Source of the DNA: a virus
Lineage: Duplodnaviria > Caudoviricetes
Reading direction: 5' to 3' (one strand)
DNA length: 43,016 nt
Virus record (IMG/VR): IMGVR_UViG_3300017780_004042
Coordinates: 1 to 43,016 of that record
Below the pieces are notes generated by a model. It made no database searches. It had not been told where the DNA came from and worked only from the letters and a program-made list of their open reading frames with translations. The stretch's first letter is position 1. Each line of letters begins with the position of its first letter. The position numbers and the translations under genes were made by a program. Of the stretch, positions 9,515 through 18,620 are shown piece after piece.

Positions 9515-10339
9515 ATGCTCGGATTCGGCGCGATTGCTCAAGGCTCGATAGCTGACAGCCTAGTGGTTGGGGGTGGTGGCACAACCATCACTGCAAGTGT
9601 TGGTGCGGCCAGCGCATCTGGCGTTACCGCCACGATCAGCACCAGCAGCAATACGATAGTCACCTGCTCGGTGGCGGCAGCCAGCGCCACAGGTGTCAGC
9701 ACCTGGATATCCCGCACGGTGGTCGCCTCCGTGGGCGCAGCATCAGCCGCTGGTGTGTCGGCCCTGGTAGGCAGATCACTTCAAACATCGGTGGCCACTG
9801 CAAGTGGCGCGGGTGTCACTGCCCAGATTGCTACCAGCATCACCACAGGCGTCGGCGCAGCCAGCGCATCCGGCGTCAGTGCCACGATCAACATTGCGGG
9901 CTCCACCACCATCACCTGCTCGGTGGGTAACGCAACGGCAACAGCCGCCGCTGCCACTATCAGTGTGGCTGGCAGTACCACCATCGTCTGCACCGTAGGC
10001 GGGGCATCGGCACAGGGCGTGTCGGGCCTGGTCAACGTGGTGTGCAAGGCCGGTGTTGGCACCGCTACTGCAAACGCTCCCACCGCCAGCATCACCCGCG
10101 CCACGACCATCAGCGCAAGCGTTGGCAACAGCACTGCCGTGGGAGTGGTCGCGCAGTTGCAGCGCATCTTTGGTGTGGGCGTAGGAAACGCCATTGCCAG
10201 TGGTGTGACGGCGAATACCTACACCGGGGCGCTGCTTGTCGCTGGCGCAATGGTCGGTAACCGCCCGGTGATTGACACCACACGCGCCAGCCGCATGGGC
10301 GGATCGCGCCCCAACAGAATTGCAAGGACAACACGCTAA
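9515..10339 (+). CDS. Ala/Ser/Thr/Val-rich repeat protein (filament/shaft-like)
   Basis: About 10 imperfect ~20-aa repeats (consensus TIxASVGAASAxGVxAxI); basic C-terminal tail. Confidence 0.65.
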   Translation: MLGFGAIAQGSIADSLVVGGGGTTITASVGAASASGVTATISTSSNTIVTCSVAAASATGVSTWISRTVVASVGAASAAGVSALVGRSLQTSVATASGAGVTAQIATSITTGVGAASASGVSATINIAGSTTITCSVGNATATAAAATISVAGSTTIVCTVGGASAQGVSGLVNVVCKAGVGTATANAPTASITRATTISASVGNSTAVGVVAQLQRIFGVGVGNAIASGVTANTYTGALLVAGAMVGNRPVIDTTRASRMGGSRPNRIARTTR

Positions 10340-10923
10340 TGGCACTCAAACTCATTACAGCTCCAACCACGTACCCCGTGACGTTGGCCGAGGCAAAGCT
10401 GCATTGCCGCGTGGACACGAACGATGACGATGCGCTCATCACCTCGCTGATAACCGCCGCCACGGAAATGGCAGAGCAGCAAACAGGCCGCGCTTTGATG
10501 GTGCAGACTTGGGAATTGACACTCGATGCTTTTCCAGAAGCATTTGAGTTGACGCGAGTTCCCGTGCAGAGCATCGCCAGCATCAAACATTACGACCCTT
10601 CCGGCGTGCAGCAAACGCTAGGTGCGGGGTTGTACAGCTTGGACAGCGCTGATGACGCGGGGTTTGCGTATGTCGTACCGGCCTACGCGGGCGCATGGCC
10701 GGATTCGCGCGACCAGATCAACGCAGTGTCCGTCCAATTCGTTTCGGGCTACGCCAACGCCGCAGCCGTCCCAGAGGGCATCAAGCAGTGGATAAAGCTC
10801 ATGGTGTCCACCATGTACGAGAACCGCGAAACCGAAGCCTACTCCAGCCGCGCCGTCAGCACCACCGTGCAGATGCGCTTCGTCGGAGGCCTGCTGGACC
10901 GCTACAAGGTGTGGAAGCTATGA
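10339..10923 (+). CDS. head-tail connector (gp6-like)
   Basis: PVTLAEAKLHCRVD..DDDALI..LI.AA; VPEGIKQWIKLMV..MYENRE. Confidence 0.92.
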   Translation: MALKLITAPTTYPVTLAEAKLHCRVDTNDDDALITSLITAATEMAEQQTGRALMVQTWELTLDAFPEAFELTRVPVQSIASIKHYDPSGVQQTLGAGLYSLDSADDAGFAYVVPAYAGAWPDSRDQINAVSVQFVSGYANAAAVPEGIKQWIKLMVSTMYENRETEAYSSRAVSTTVQMRFVGGLLDRYKVWKL

Positions 10924-11237
10924 GAGCCGGTACGCTCAACTCCCGCGTGACCATCCAGCAACGCGCAGCCACGCAGGACGCGCTGGGCCAGCCGACGCAA
11001 ACATGGAGCGATGTGGCAACCGTCTGGGCCAACATCAAGCACACCAGCGGCATCGAGCAGATCAAGAGCGGGGCCGAGACTTCCACCGTCAAGGTAAGCA
11101 TCCAAATTCGCGCAATGTCCGGTTTGACCACCGGGATGCGGGCCACCAACGCAGGCGACATCTACAACATCCTCGCCGTGCTGCCCGACAAAGAGAACAA
11201 GGCACACACCACTTTGGTGTGTGAGCTGGTTGTATGA
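10920..11237 (+). CDS. head closure / head-tail adaptor
   Basis: MRAGTLNSRVTIQ...DALGQ....W.DVATVWA; ATGA overlap with connector. Confidence 0.9.
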   Translation: MRAGTLNSRVTIQQRAATQDALGQPTQTWSDVATVWANIKHTSGIEQIKSGAETSTVKVSIQIRAMSGLTTGMRATNAGDIYNILAVLPDKENKAHTTLVCELVV

Positions 11238-11755
11238 AGCGCAAAGGTCCAGGAAGCACAAACTTACCGGGGCTGGATATAAGTGGGCTACTTGCGTACC
11301 TCGGTGACATGGCTGACGTTGTTGCCGAATCTGCCCGACCTGCCGCACAAGCTGGTGCACAGGTGTTCTACAACCTGGCCAAGCAGAACGTGCGGGCGAT
11401 AGGTAAAAAGACCGGCAACCTTGCTGGGTCTATTTACCAAAAGTATTCAAGAGAGAAAAGCGTGGAGGGGAAGAATGCCGTGTACCACGTTAGTTGGAAC
11501 GTGCGCAGCGGGAAGCAAATCACTCGGGCGCCCCACGGGCACTTGGTTGAGTACGGCCACATCCAGCGCTACAAGGTGGTGCTTATTAAAAAAGGTAAGT
11601 ACAAAGGCCAGTGGTTCACCTTGAAGTCCCACCCCATCACCCCCAAGCAAGTCGCCGCGCGTCCATTTATGCGCCCGGCATATCTCGAAGGTCTGCGCCC
11701 CGCCGTAGCAGCAGTCGAGAGCGCCGTTTTTGAGCGGATGTCAGGAATCAAATGA
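11234..11755 (+). CDS. HK97 gp10-family neck protein
   Basis: TGNLAGSI, HLVEYGH, ARPFMRPA. Confidence 0.85.
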   Translation: MKRKGPGSTNLPGLDISGLLAYLGDMADVVAESARPAAQAGAQVFYNLAKQNVRAIGKKTGNLAGSIYQKYSREKSVEGKNAVYHVSWNVRSGKQITRAPHGHLVEYGHIQRYKVVLIKKGKYKGQWFTLKSHPITPKQVAARPFMRPAYLEGLRPAVAAVESAVFERMSGIK

Positions 11756-12105
11756 GCCTTGAAACAGAACTCTACGCAGTGCTGGTCAGTGTCACGCCCC
11801 GCGTGTTCCCCGACTTCGCGCCGGTCAGCACCACACGACCTTACGTGACCTTCCAGCAGATCGGCGGCGAGGCCGTGAACATGCTCGACAGATTCACTCC
11901 GAACAAGCGCAACGCCAGCATTCAAGTCAACGTCTGGTCTAACACAAGAGCCGAGGCCATGACGATCATCCAGAGCATCGAGGACGCCATTCGCGCCACC
12001 ACCGTGTTCCAAGGTGAGCCGCAGAGCGCACCGCAAGCTGACTTCGACGCCGACATCCCGGTGTACGGCGCAAGTCAAGATTTCACTATTTGGGCAGACC
12101 GATAA
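11752..12105 (+). CDS. tail terminator (DUF3168-like)
   Basis: PYVTFQQIGG, IQVNVW..TRAEA, QDFTIW; precedes tail tube. Confidence 0.85.
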   Translation: MSLETELYAVLVSVTPRVFPDFAPVSTTRPYVTFQQIGGEAVNMLDRFTPNKRNASIQVNVWSNTRAEAMTIIQSIEDAIRATTVFQGEPQSAPQADFDADIPVYGASQDFTIWADR

Positions 12106-12121
12106 GGTCACCCACCCCAGC

Positions 12122-12153
12122 AAGCCCCACTGAGAAATCGGTGGGGCTTTTTT
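12122..12153 (+). terminator. intrinsic terminator before tail tube gene
   Basis: AAGCCCCACTGA-GAAA-TCGGTGGGGCTT followed by T-tract. Confidence 0.8.
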
Positions 12154-12193
12154 CACGCCCGTTAGGGCATTTTGTCAACAAAGGAGTCCTATC

Positions 12194-12838
12194 ATGGCAG
12201 TGTCTCTCCCCAACGGCATTGTGCTGGCCATCGCCAGCGCATACACCGCAAACGCCACCGTAACCGTCGCAACCAATGCGTCAGAAGCGGTATTGACCGT
12301 AACCAACACATTCACCACTGGTGACTACGTTGAATTCACATCCGGCTGGGCTAACGCCAACAACCGCGTGTTCCGCGCCAAGGCCGTCACCGGCACCAGC
12401 GTGACGCTGGAAGGCTTGGACACCACCAGCACAGCGCTCTACCCAGCAGGCACCGGCACGGGCACTCTGCGCAAGATCAGCACCTGGACGCAGATCAGTC
12501 AGATCATCGGCCTGACATCTTCCGGTGGCGACCCACAGTACCAGACCTACTCCTTCCTGGAGCAGAACTTCGACAGCCAAATCCCGACAACCACCAGCGC
12601 TCAGTCTCTGGCTATGGAGATCGCGGATGACCCTGCACTGGCTGGCTACCAAGCTATCCGTACCGCTGCGTTGGCCCGCTCCAACTACGCGCTCCGCGCC
12701 ACGTTGCCCCAAGGTGGCTTCATTCTCTACAACGGCATCTTCGCGTTTGACGAGACACCCTCGATGACCAAGGGCAACCTCATGGCTGTCAAGTCCGGCT
12801 GCGCATTGCAGGGCCGCCCTGTTCGCTACGCCTCCTAA
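12194..12838 (+). CDS. major tail tube protein
   Basis: MAVSLPNG, WTQISQI....SGGDPQY, DDP.LAGY, TP....GNLM; SD AAGGAG. Confidence 0.92.
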   Translation: MAVSLPNGIVLAIASAYTANATVTVATNASEAVLTVTNTFTTGDYVEFTSGWANANNRVFRAKAVTGTSVTLEGLDTTSTALYPAGTGTGTLRKISTWTQISQIIGLTSSGGDPQYQTYSFLEQNFDSQIPTTTSAQSLAMEIADDPALAGYQAIRTAALARSNYALRATLPQGGFILYNGIFAFDETPSMTKGNLMAVKSGCALQGRPVRYAS

Positions 12839-12943
12839 TCGGTAAGCAGTTGCCGACCCCCTCGCCGCAAGGCTTGGGGGCTTTTAGCCCGCTGGTCGCT
12901 CCAGAGTCCGGGCCTTTTTCCCCAACAAAAAAGAGAGTACGAA

Positions 12944-13258
12944 ATGGCAAAGCCTAAATTCAGCCTTACCCCCAACCCCACATTCAAAGCCAAGGTCGGC
13001 ATTCCCGTGCCGGGCGAAGGCGCGGCCTTGGTTGAGTTCACATTCAAGGGCCGCACACGCGAACAGCTAAAAGAGCTGCTGGACGACAAAGAAGGACTCA
13101 AGATCGACGCCGTGATGCAGATGGTGTCCGGCTGGGAACTCGATGACCCATTCGACAAAGAGCATGTCGAAAAGCTGCTGGACAACTACCTTGGCGCGTT
13201 CGACGCCATCCAGGACACCTACCTGCGCGAACTCACTGAGGCCCGCACAAAAAACTGA
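12944..13258 (+). CDS. tail assembly chaperone (gpG-like)
   Basis: PNPTFKAKV.IP, GWEL.DPF..E.V..L; ends in slippery A AAA AAC TGA. Confidence 0.88.
   Translation: MAKPKFSLTPNPTFKAKVGIPVPGEGAALVEFTFKGRTREQLKELLDDKEGLKIDAVMQMVSGWELDDPFDKEHVEKLLDNYLGAFDAIQDTYLRELTEARTKN
13249..13255 (+). other. programmed -1 ribosomal frameshift site
   Basis: A AAA AAC in the correct phase; the -1 frame (CTG AGG CGG ...) is open and in frame with the ORF at 13297-13575. Confidence 0.85.
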
Positions 13259-13575
13259 GGCGGGCTGTCCAATCGCTGTACGCCAAAGAGCCCGATGTGG
13301 CCGAGTTGGCGGCGATTGGACTGACGCCCGACGACTACGCGGACGAAGTGCAAGAAATATGGCCAGAAACCGAAGTTTGTATTTCGCTTTTTTCTAGTGT
13401 CTCAACACAATTGCGGATGGGTTTTTCTGGCCCCGTGGGGCTCGACTACTCACCGCTGTTCTACCTGATGGGACGCATGGGCCTGACGGACTCGCAATTC
13501 GACAACCTCTTTTATGACATCCGCATAGCTGAGTCGGAAGCACTATCTACCATGAACTCCAGGGGCGCTGAATGA
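13255..13575 (+). CDS. tail assembly chaperone frameshift extension (gpT-like, DUF1799-like)
   Basis: IWPE...F..VSTQ.R.G..GPVGLDY; reached by -1 shift from the chaperone. Confidence 0.85.
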   Translation: MRRAVQSLYAKEPDVAELAAIGLTPDDYADEVQEIWPETEVCISLFSSVSTQLRMGFSGPVGLDYSPLFYLMGRMGLTDSQFDNLFYDIRIAESEALSTMNSRGAE

Positions 13576-16418
13576 GTGAAGATAGAAAGAAACTCTCGAT
13601 TGAAATCGGGGCCGACCCATCTTCCGCAGTTGACGGCTTCGGGAAGGTAGCTCAGTCGGCCAAGACAATGAAAACGTCGCTCGATGCGACGTTGGCCTCA
13701 TCCGGCAAGACAATCGAAGGTCTTGGTGCCAGCGCAACCAAATCCGCAGACGGATTGAGCCGCGCAGAGCGCTCGATGGTGCAAAGCATTCAGCGCACGA
13801 CAGCGGCCTTCTCAGCAGGTTCCAAGTCTAGCTCCGAGTATTACAACGCATTGGCAACACAGCGCGGCATAGACCCCGCAGTGTTAGCCCCTTACCTGGC
13901 CGCGCTGGACAAGGTAGCACCCAAGCAAAAAGCAGTCAGCGATGCCGTGGCGGCCACCGTGCCGGTAATGCAGAAGTACGAGCAATCCGCGAAAGCGACT
14001 GCCGCTGCGTTGCGCCAAGTGCCCGCGCAGTTCACCGACATCGTGGTTGGCCTGCAAGGCGGGCAGAACCCGCTGACTGTGCTGCTGCAACAGGGCGGTC
14101 AGCTCAAGGACGTATTCGGTGGCGTGGGCAACGCAGCCCGCGCGATGGGCGGCTACATCCTCGGCCTCGTCAGCCCCTTGTCGGTGGCCGCAGTCACAGC
14201 GGGCACGTTGGGGTACGCCTTCTACGCCGGGCGCAAAGAGGCGGAAGAATTCAACAAGTCGTTAATCCTCACAGGGAATTTCGCAGGCACAACGTCAGGG
14301 GCGCTGGCCAACATGGCTGACAACCTCGACAACCTCTCGGGCGTCACCAAGGGCTCTGCTGCGGAAGCGCTGGCTGCGTTGGCGGCAACGGGGCAGATTG
14401 GAGCCGCGCAACTTGAACGCTTCGCTGGTGTGGCCTTGGCCGCAGAGCGCGAGGTTGGCACAGCGGTGAAAGACACCGCCGCGCAGTTCATAGCCCTCGG
14501 CAAAGACCCGGTTGCGGCCTCCACGAAGCTCAACGAGTCGATGCACTACCTGACGATGGAGGTCTACAGCCAGATCAAGGCACTGGACGACCAGGGCAAG
14601 AGCGCGGCTGCCGCAGCGCTGGCACAGCAAGCCTATGCCGATGCGCTTGATAGCCGCACGAAGTCACTGGCTGAGAACCTTGGCATTTTGGAAAAGACTT
14701 GGCGTGGGGTTTCCACCGCCGCCCGCGAGGCGTGGGACTGGATGCTCAACGTGGGCCGCGAGGACACCACCGAGCAGCAAATCAAGAAACTGGAGCAGAG
14801 GCTGTCTAACGCAGCAGCGCTGGCAGACAAAGCCCGCGCACGCGGACAGATCATCCCGGTGTCTCCCGCAGAGTCTGCGGACAAGGTGGCGCTAGAGAAC
14901 CTGAGAGAAACCGCCCGCCTCAAAGAGCGTGCAGCACAGGCCACCGCGCAAGAGGCACGGGACGTTGAGACTCGGGTTAAGTTTGATAAGTTGTCGAGCG
15001 GTGGCGCCGACAAGGCATCGAAAATGAAAAAGGAGCTGCTGGCTCTAGAGAACGAATACGGCGATGCAGTCAAGCGCGGGATCGTCACGCAAAAAGAGTA
15101 CGACAGCAAGCAAGCGGAAATCCGCAACAAGTACGCCGACAAGGGCGCAGTCACCAAGTCTGGTGAACTGGACAAAGCCCGTGCAGCGTTTGATGTGGAG
15201 AAAATCCAACAGGCGATGGAAGCACAGACCAACGCCTACGCCAACGGCGAGAAGCGGCTGGAGGCGGCGCGTTCCGCTGGCCTGCTGAGTGATGCTGAGT
15301 ATTACTCCGCGAAGCAGGCGTATATCGAGAGCAACACAATCGCCCAAGTCATTGCACTGGACGCTGAGATTGCCCGCGAGAAACAGCGCAAAGCCATCGG
15401 CAACACAGCCACCGAGCGTGCGCTGTCAGAGATTGACCGCGACAAGAAAGTCCTTGAGCTGACAGGCAAGCGCACCAAGATTCTTGCGGACGCAGGCACC
15501 GCGTCGGATGTTCTCGCGTCCCAAGAGACTGCTTCCGCCAAGAAGATTGCAGACGGCTACAACGAAGCTACCTTCGCCGCGCAGAACTACCTGGACACTG
15601 TGCAGCGCGGCTACGCGCGTGAGTTGGCAGGGGCTGGCCGGGGCGATCAGTTCCGCAGCCGCGCCGCTGGCCGTGCGCAGATCGAGGACCGCTTTGAATC
15701 ACAGCGCAATGCCGCTCTCAGCCAATTCCGCACCAGCGGTGGCAACAGCGATGACAAGCAGCGCTATGACCGCAGACTGGCCGAGCTGAAAGAGTTTCAG
15801 CAAAAGGAACTCGAAGCCTACGATCAGGGTATCGCCAAAAAGATTGCCAGCGATGCCAACTGGGAGAACGGCGCCACTCGCGCGATGGAAAACTACGTTG
15901 ATGCATCCACCAACGCTGCCGAGCAGACCTCGGAGGTGTTTGCCAACGCTTTCAAGGGTGTGGAGGACGCACTGGTGTCGTTCACGCAAACCGGAAAACT
16001 TAGCTTTACCGACATGGCGGACAGCATAGTGAATGACATCACCAGAATCATCATCAAGCAGCAGCTTGCAAACCTCTTGACCAAATCAACAGGTGGCTCG
16101 GATTCAGACGGTGTTGGCAGCTTCATAGCATCCTTGTTAGGTAGCGCCCCTGGCAAAGCGGTAGGCGGCCCCGTATCTGCCGGTGGGCTGTACCAAGTCA
16201 ATGAGCGCGGTCCCGAGTTGCTGTCTGTTGCTGGCAAAGACTATTTGATGATGGGCGGGCAGGGGGGTAGCGTAACGCCAAATGGCGGCAGCGCGTCTGG
16301 TGGCGTCAACGTAATCAACAACTTCACGATCAACGGACCAACAGACCGGCGCTCACAGGAGCAGATCGCAGCGCAAGTGGGTATGGCCACCCAACGAGCA
16401 ATGGCGAGGAACTCATAA
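13572..16418 (+). CDS. tape measure protein, lambda-like
   Basis: 948 aa Ala-rich helical; PAQFTDIV..LQGGQNPL..LLQQGGQLKD; C-terminal GKLSF.D.A.SI and GGPV....Y.VNERGPE. Confidence 0.95.
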   Translation: MSEDRKKLSIEIGADPSSAVDGFGKVAQSAKTMKTSLDATLASSGKTIEGLGASATKSADGLSRAERSMVQSIQRTTAAFSAGSKSSSEYYNALATQRGIDPAVLAPYLAALDKVAPKQKAVSDAVAATVPVMQKYEQSAKATAAALRQVPAQFTDIVVGLQGGQNPLTVLLQQGGQLKDVFGGVGNAARAMGGYILGLVSPLSVAAVTAGTLGYAFYAGRKEAEEFNKSLILTGNFAGTTSGALANMADNLDNLSGVTKGSAAEALAALAATGQIGAAQLERFAGVALAAEREVGTAVKDTAAQFIALGKDPVAASTKLNESMHYLTMEVYSQIKALDDQGKSAAAAALAQQAYADALDSRTKSLAENLGILEKTWRGVSTAAREAWDWMLNVGREDTTEQQIKKLEQRLSNAAALADKARARGQIIPVSPAESADKVALENLRETARLKERAAQATAQEARDVETRVKFDKLSSGGADKASKMKKELLALENEYGDAVKRGIVTQKEYDSKQAEIRNKYADKGAVTKSGELDKARAAFDVEKIQQAMEAQTNAYANGEKRLEAARSAGLLSDAEYYSAKQAYIESNTIAQVIALDAEIAREKQRKAIGNTATERALSEIDRDKKVLELTGKRTKILADAGTASDVLASQETASAKKIADGYNEATFAAQNYLDTVQRGYARELAGAGRGDQFRSRAAGRAQIEDRFESQRNAALSQFRTSGGNSDDKQRYDRRLAELKEFQQKELEAYDQGIAKKIASDANWENGATRAMENYVDASTNAAEQTSEVFANAFKGVEDALVSFTQTGKLSFTDMADSIVNDITRIIIKQQLANLLTKSTGGSDSDGVGSFIASLLGSAPGKAVGGPVSAGGLYQVNERGPELLSVAGKDYLMMGGQGGSVTPNGGSASGGVNVINNFTINGPTDRRSQEQIAAQVGMATQRAMARNS

Positions 16419-17338
16419 TGGTAATGGTACTTTCCGATGTTGTAATGCCGACATCTGTGATAGCAGCAGGTGTTCGCGGTGTCAACATGCGCAAAAACAC
16501 CCGTGTCACAAACTCAGCGGGCTACACGCAGGCCAACGTCATCTGGCAGCGCACATTGCGCAAGTACGAGGTCGGCACCGTGCCTCTGAGTGTTAGTCAG
16601 TGGCAAGCCATTGAGGGTTTGTTTGAAGTCACTGAGGGCGGCGCATTCGGTTTCCTTATGCTCGACCCAAAAGACCAGACAGTTTCCACAACAGAAGGAT
16701 TCTTACGCGCCTATACAGGCGGGGTTCTATCTGGAAGTGCGGGGTTTGGTGCTGGTGTGCCTAGCTACCGAATGTTCAAGCGTTACACCAGTGCTGGGTC
16801 CACCCGCACCAAAGACCGCCGCATCAGCAGGCCACTGGCAATAAACGTCACCCGCAACGGGGGCGCGGTAACCGTTGGCGCAGCCGCAGGGAACATCGCG
16901 GTCACGCCTACCACGGGGGCTGTCACTTTCGTCGCGGATACCTTTGAAAATGTGGTCAGCTTCGTTGTTGGCGCGGCCACCAGGATTAACTTCGCAAGCG
17001 GGGCCGGAATGGTCGCCAGCATCGCAGTCGGCCAACTCGTCTACGTCACCGGCGTGTCGGGAACCGCTGCCGCCGCGCTCAACGGGATCGCGCATACCGT
17101 GGCCACTAAAGGTGCAGATTTCATCACGATCAGCACCGGGACTGTGGGCCTGACGGCTACCGGCGGAACGACATTCAAGTACCCCCAGACAAGCGATTCT
17201 TTGGGTTGGAGTGGCACATTCTACGTGCCTGTCCAGTTTGAGAATGACCAGATTGATTTTGACATTGTGGCGGGCGGGCAAGCAGCTTCGCGCTTTATCA
17301 GCGGGCCGAGCGTGTCGCTGGTGGAGGTCATGGAGTGA
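16418..17338 (+). CDS. distal tail protein (GTA-like, DUF2460-type) with inserted domain
   Basis: Follows TMP; G.A.GF...DP.D and W.G.FYVPV.F..D; longer than the usual ~200 aa. Confidence 0.8.
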   Translation: MVMVLSDVVMPTSVIAAGVRGVNMRKNTRVTNSAGYTQANVIWQRTLRKYEVGTVPLSVSQWQAIEGLFEVTEGGAFGFLMLDPKDQTVSTTEGFLRAYTGGVLSGSAGFGAGVPSYRMFKRYTSAGSTRTKDRRISRPLAINVTRNGGAVTVGAAAGNIAVTPTTGAVTFVADTFENVVSFVVGAATRINFASGAGMVASIAVGQLVYVTGVSGTAAAALNGIAHTVATKGADFITISTGTVGLTATGGTTFKYPQTSDSLGWSGTFYVPVQFENDQIDFDIVAGGQAASRFISGPSVSLVEVME

Positions 17339-18165
17339 AGTCAATCCCCAGCAACCTGTTGGCCCACTACCAGCTTGAGACAACAACGCTGGCGCACGGT
17401 CTTGTCATTACCCGACAAGACGCTACTGCCGTGGCTTTTACAAGTGCGCAAGATGATGTTTTTATTGGCGGTGTGCTTTACACGGCATCGCAGGGACTTG
17501 AGATAACCGACATTGAAACCGGCGCGGGTTTCAGCGTTTCCAATTTAGAGCTAACGACACTTGACGATGGTACGGTGTTCACCCACACCGACATATACAG
17601 TGGCCGGTGGCGCAATTCGGCCTTCAAAATAATACGTTATAACGCGGCCAACGTAACTGACGGGGTTGACGTTCTGCTCACTGGAACAGTAGGTGATGTG
17701 AAGGTGGGCGACGGCAAGATAACCGCCGAGCTTCGTGGGCTGCAACAGTACCTACAGCAGCCACTTGGCAGCATAACCAGTCGCACATGCCGCGCCCGAC
17801 TTGGGGATTCACGCTGCACGGTAAACACCGTTGCCTACACATACACGGGGGCGGTTACTGGCGTGGTCAGCACGCAGATTTTCGACGATTCAAGTCGTGC
17901 GGAAGATGACGAATGGTTCTCGGATGGAGTCCTGACATTCACCAGCGGCGAGTGCGTTGGCTTGCAGCAAAAAGTAAAGACCTTTTCAGCAACCCGCTTC
18001 ACTCTCAGCCTCCCAATGTTCCCGGCGGTTAATGTGGGAGACACCTACAGCGTCGTCGCCGGATGTCGAAAGCGACTGGCAGAAGACTGCGCGGGCAAGT
18101 TCAACAACGTCCTCAACTTCCAAGGCGAACCACACCTTCCAGGGGTGGATGCGTTAAGCCGATGA
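17335..18165 (+). CDS. baseplate hub protein (GTA-like, BR0599-type)
   Basis: AELRGL...LQQP.G...S..CRA.LGD.RC and GC.K....C..KFNN.LNF.G.PHLPG. Confidence 0.9.
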   Translation: MKSIPSNLLAHYQLETTTLAHGLVITRQDATAVAFTSAQDDVFIGGVLYTASQGLEITDIETGAGFSVSNLELTTLDDGTVFTHTDIYSGRWRNSAFKIIRYNAANVTDGVDVLLTGTVGDVKVGDGKITAELRGLQQYLQQPLGSITSRTCRARLGDSRCTVNTVAYTYTGAVTGVVSTQIFDDSSRAEDDEWFSDGVLTFTSGECVGLQQKVKTFSATRFTLSLPMFPAVNVGDTYSVVAGCRKRLAEDCAGKFNNVLNFQGEPHLPGVDALSR

Positions 18166-18620
18166 CAGACACCACACTAATGCTAATAGACCGGCCCTCT
18201 GTTGTTATAGAAGCGCGTTCTTGGCTGGGTACGCCATTCCACCATCAGGCCCGCGTCAAGGGTGTTGGCGTGGACTGTGTTGGTCTGGTTTTGGGCGTCG
18301 GCAAAGCGCTTGGGGCATTTGATCCTGCGTTTGATGTGCTTGGCTACCCAAGGGTTCCAGACGGCAGCAGCCTGATGCAAGAGGCCGAGTCCGCGATGCT
18401 ACAAATACCCTTTGAGGAAATGCAGCCCGGTGACGTTGTGATGATCGCATTTGGGCGCGACCCCCAGCACGTTGGGATTCTCGGTGACTACCGGCACGGT
18501 GGGCTGTCCATCATTCACGCATCGGGCGGCGACGGCAACGACAGGGTGATCGAAACCCGGTTGATGTTCAGCAGCGTCATGCGTTTCGTCGCGGCCTTCA
18601 AGCTGCCGGGAGTTCTCTAA
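18162..18620 (+). CDS. NlpC/P60 tail-tip peptidase
   Basis: ARSWLGTPFHHQ...GVGVDCVGL, PGD, HVGI, IIHA; ATGA overlap at 18162. Confidence 0.9.
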   Translation: MTDTTLMLIDRPSVVIEARSWLGTPFHHQARVKGVGVDCVGLVLGVGKALGAFDPAFDVLGYPRVPDGSSLMQEAESAMLQIPFEEMQPGDVVMIAFGRDPQHVGILGDYRHGGLSIIHASGGDGNDRVIETRLMFSSVMRFVAAFKLPGVL

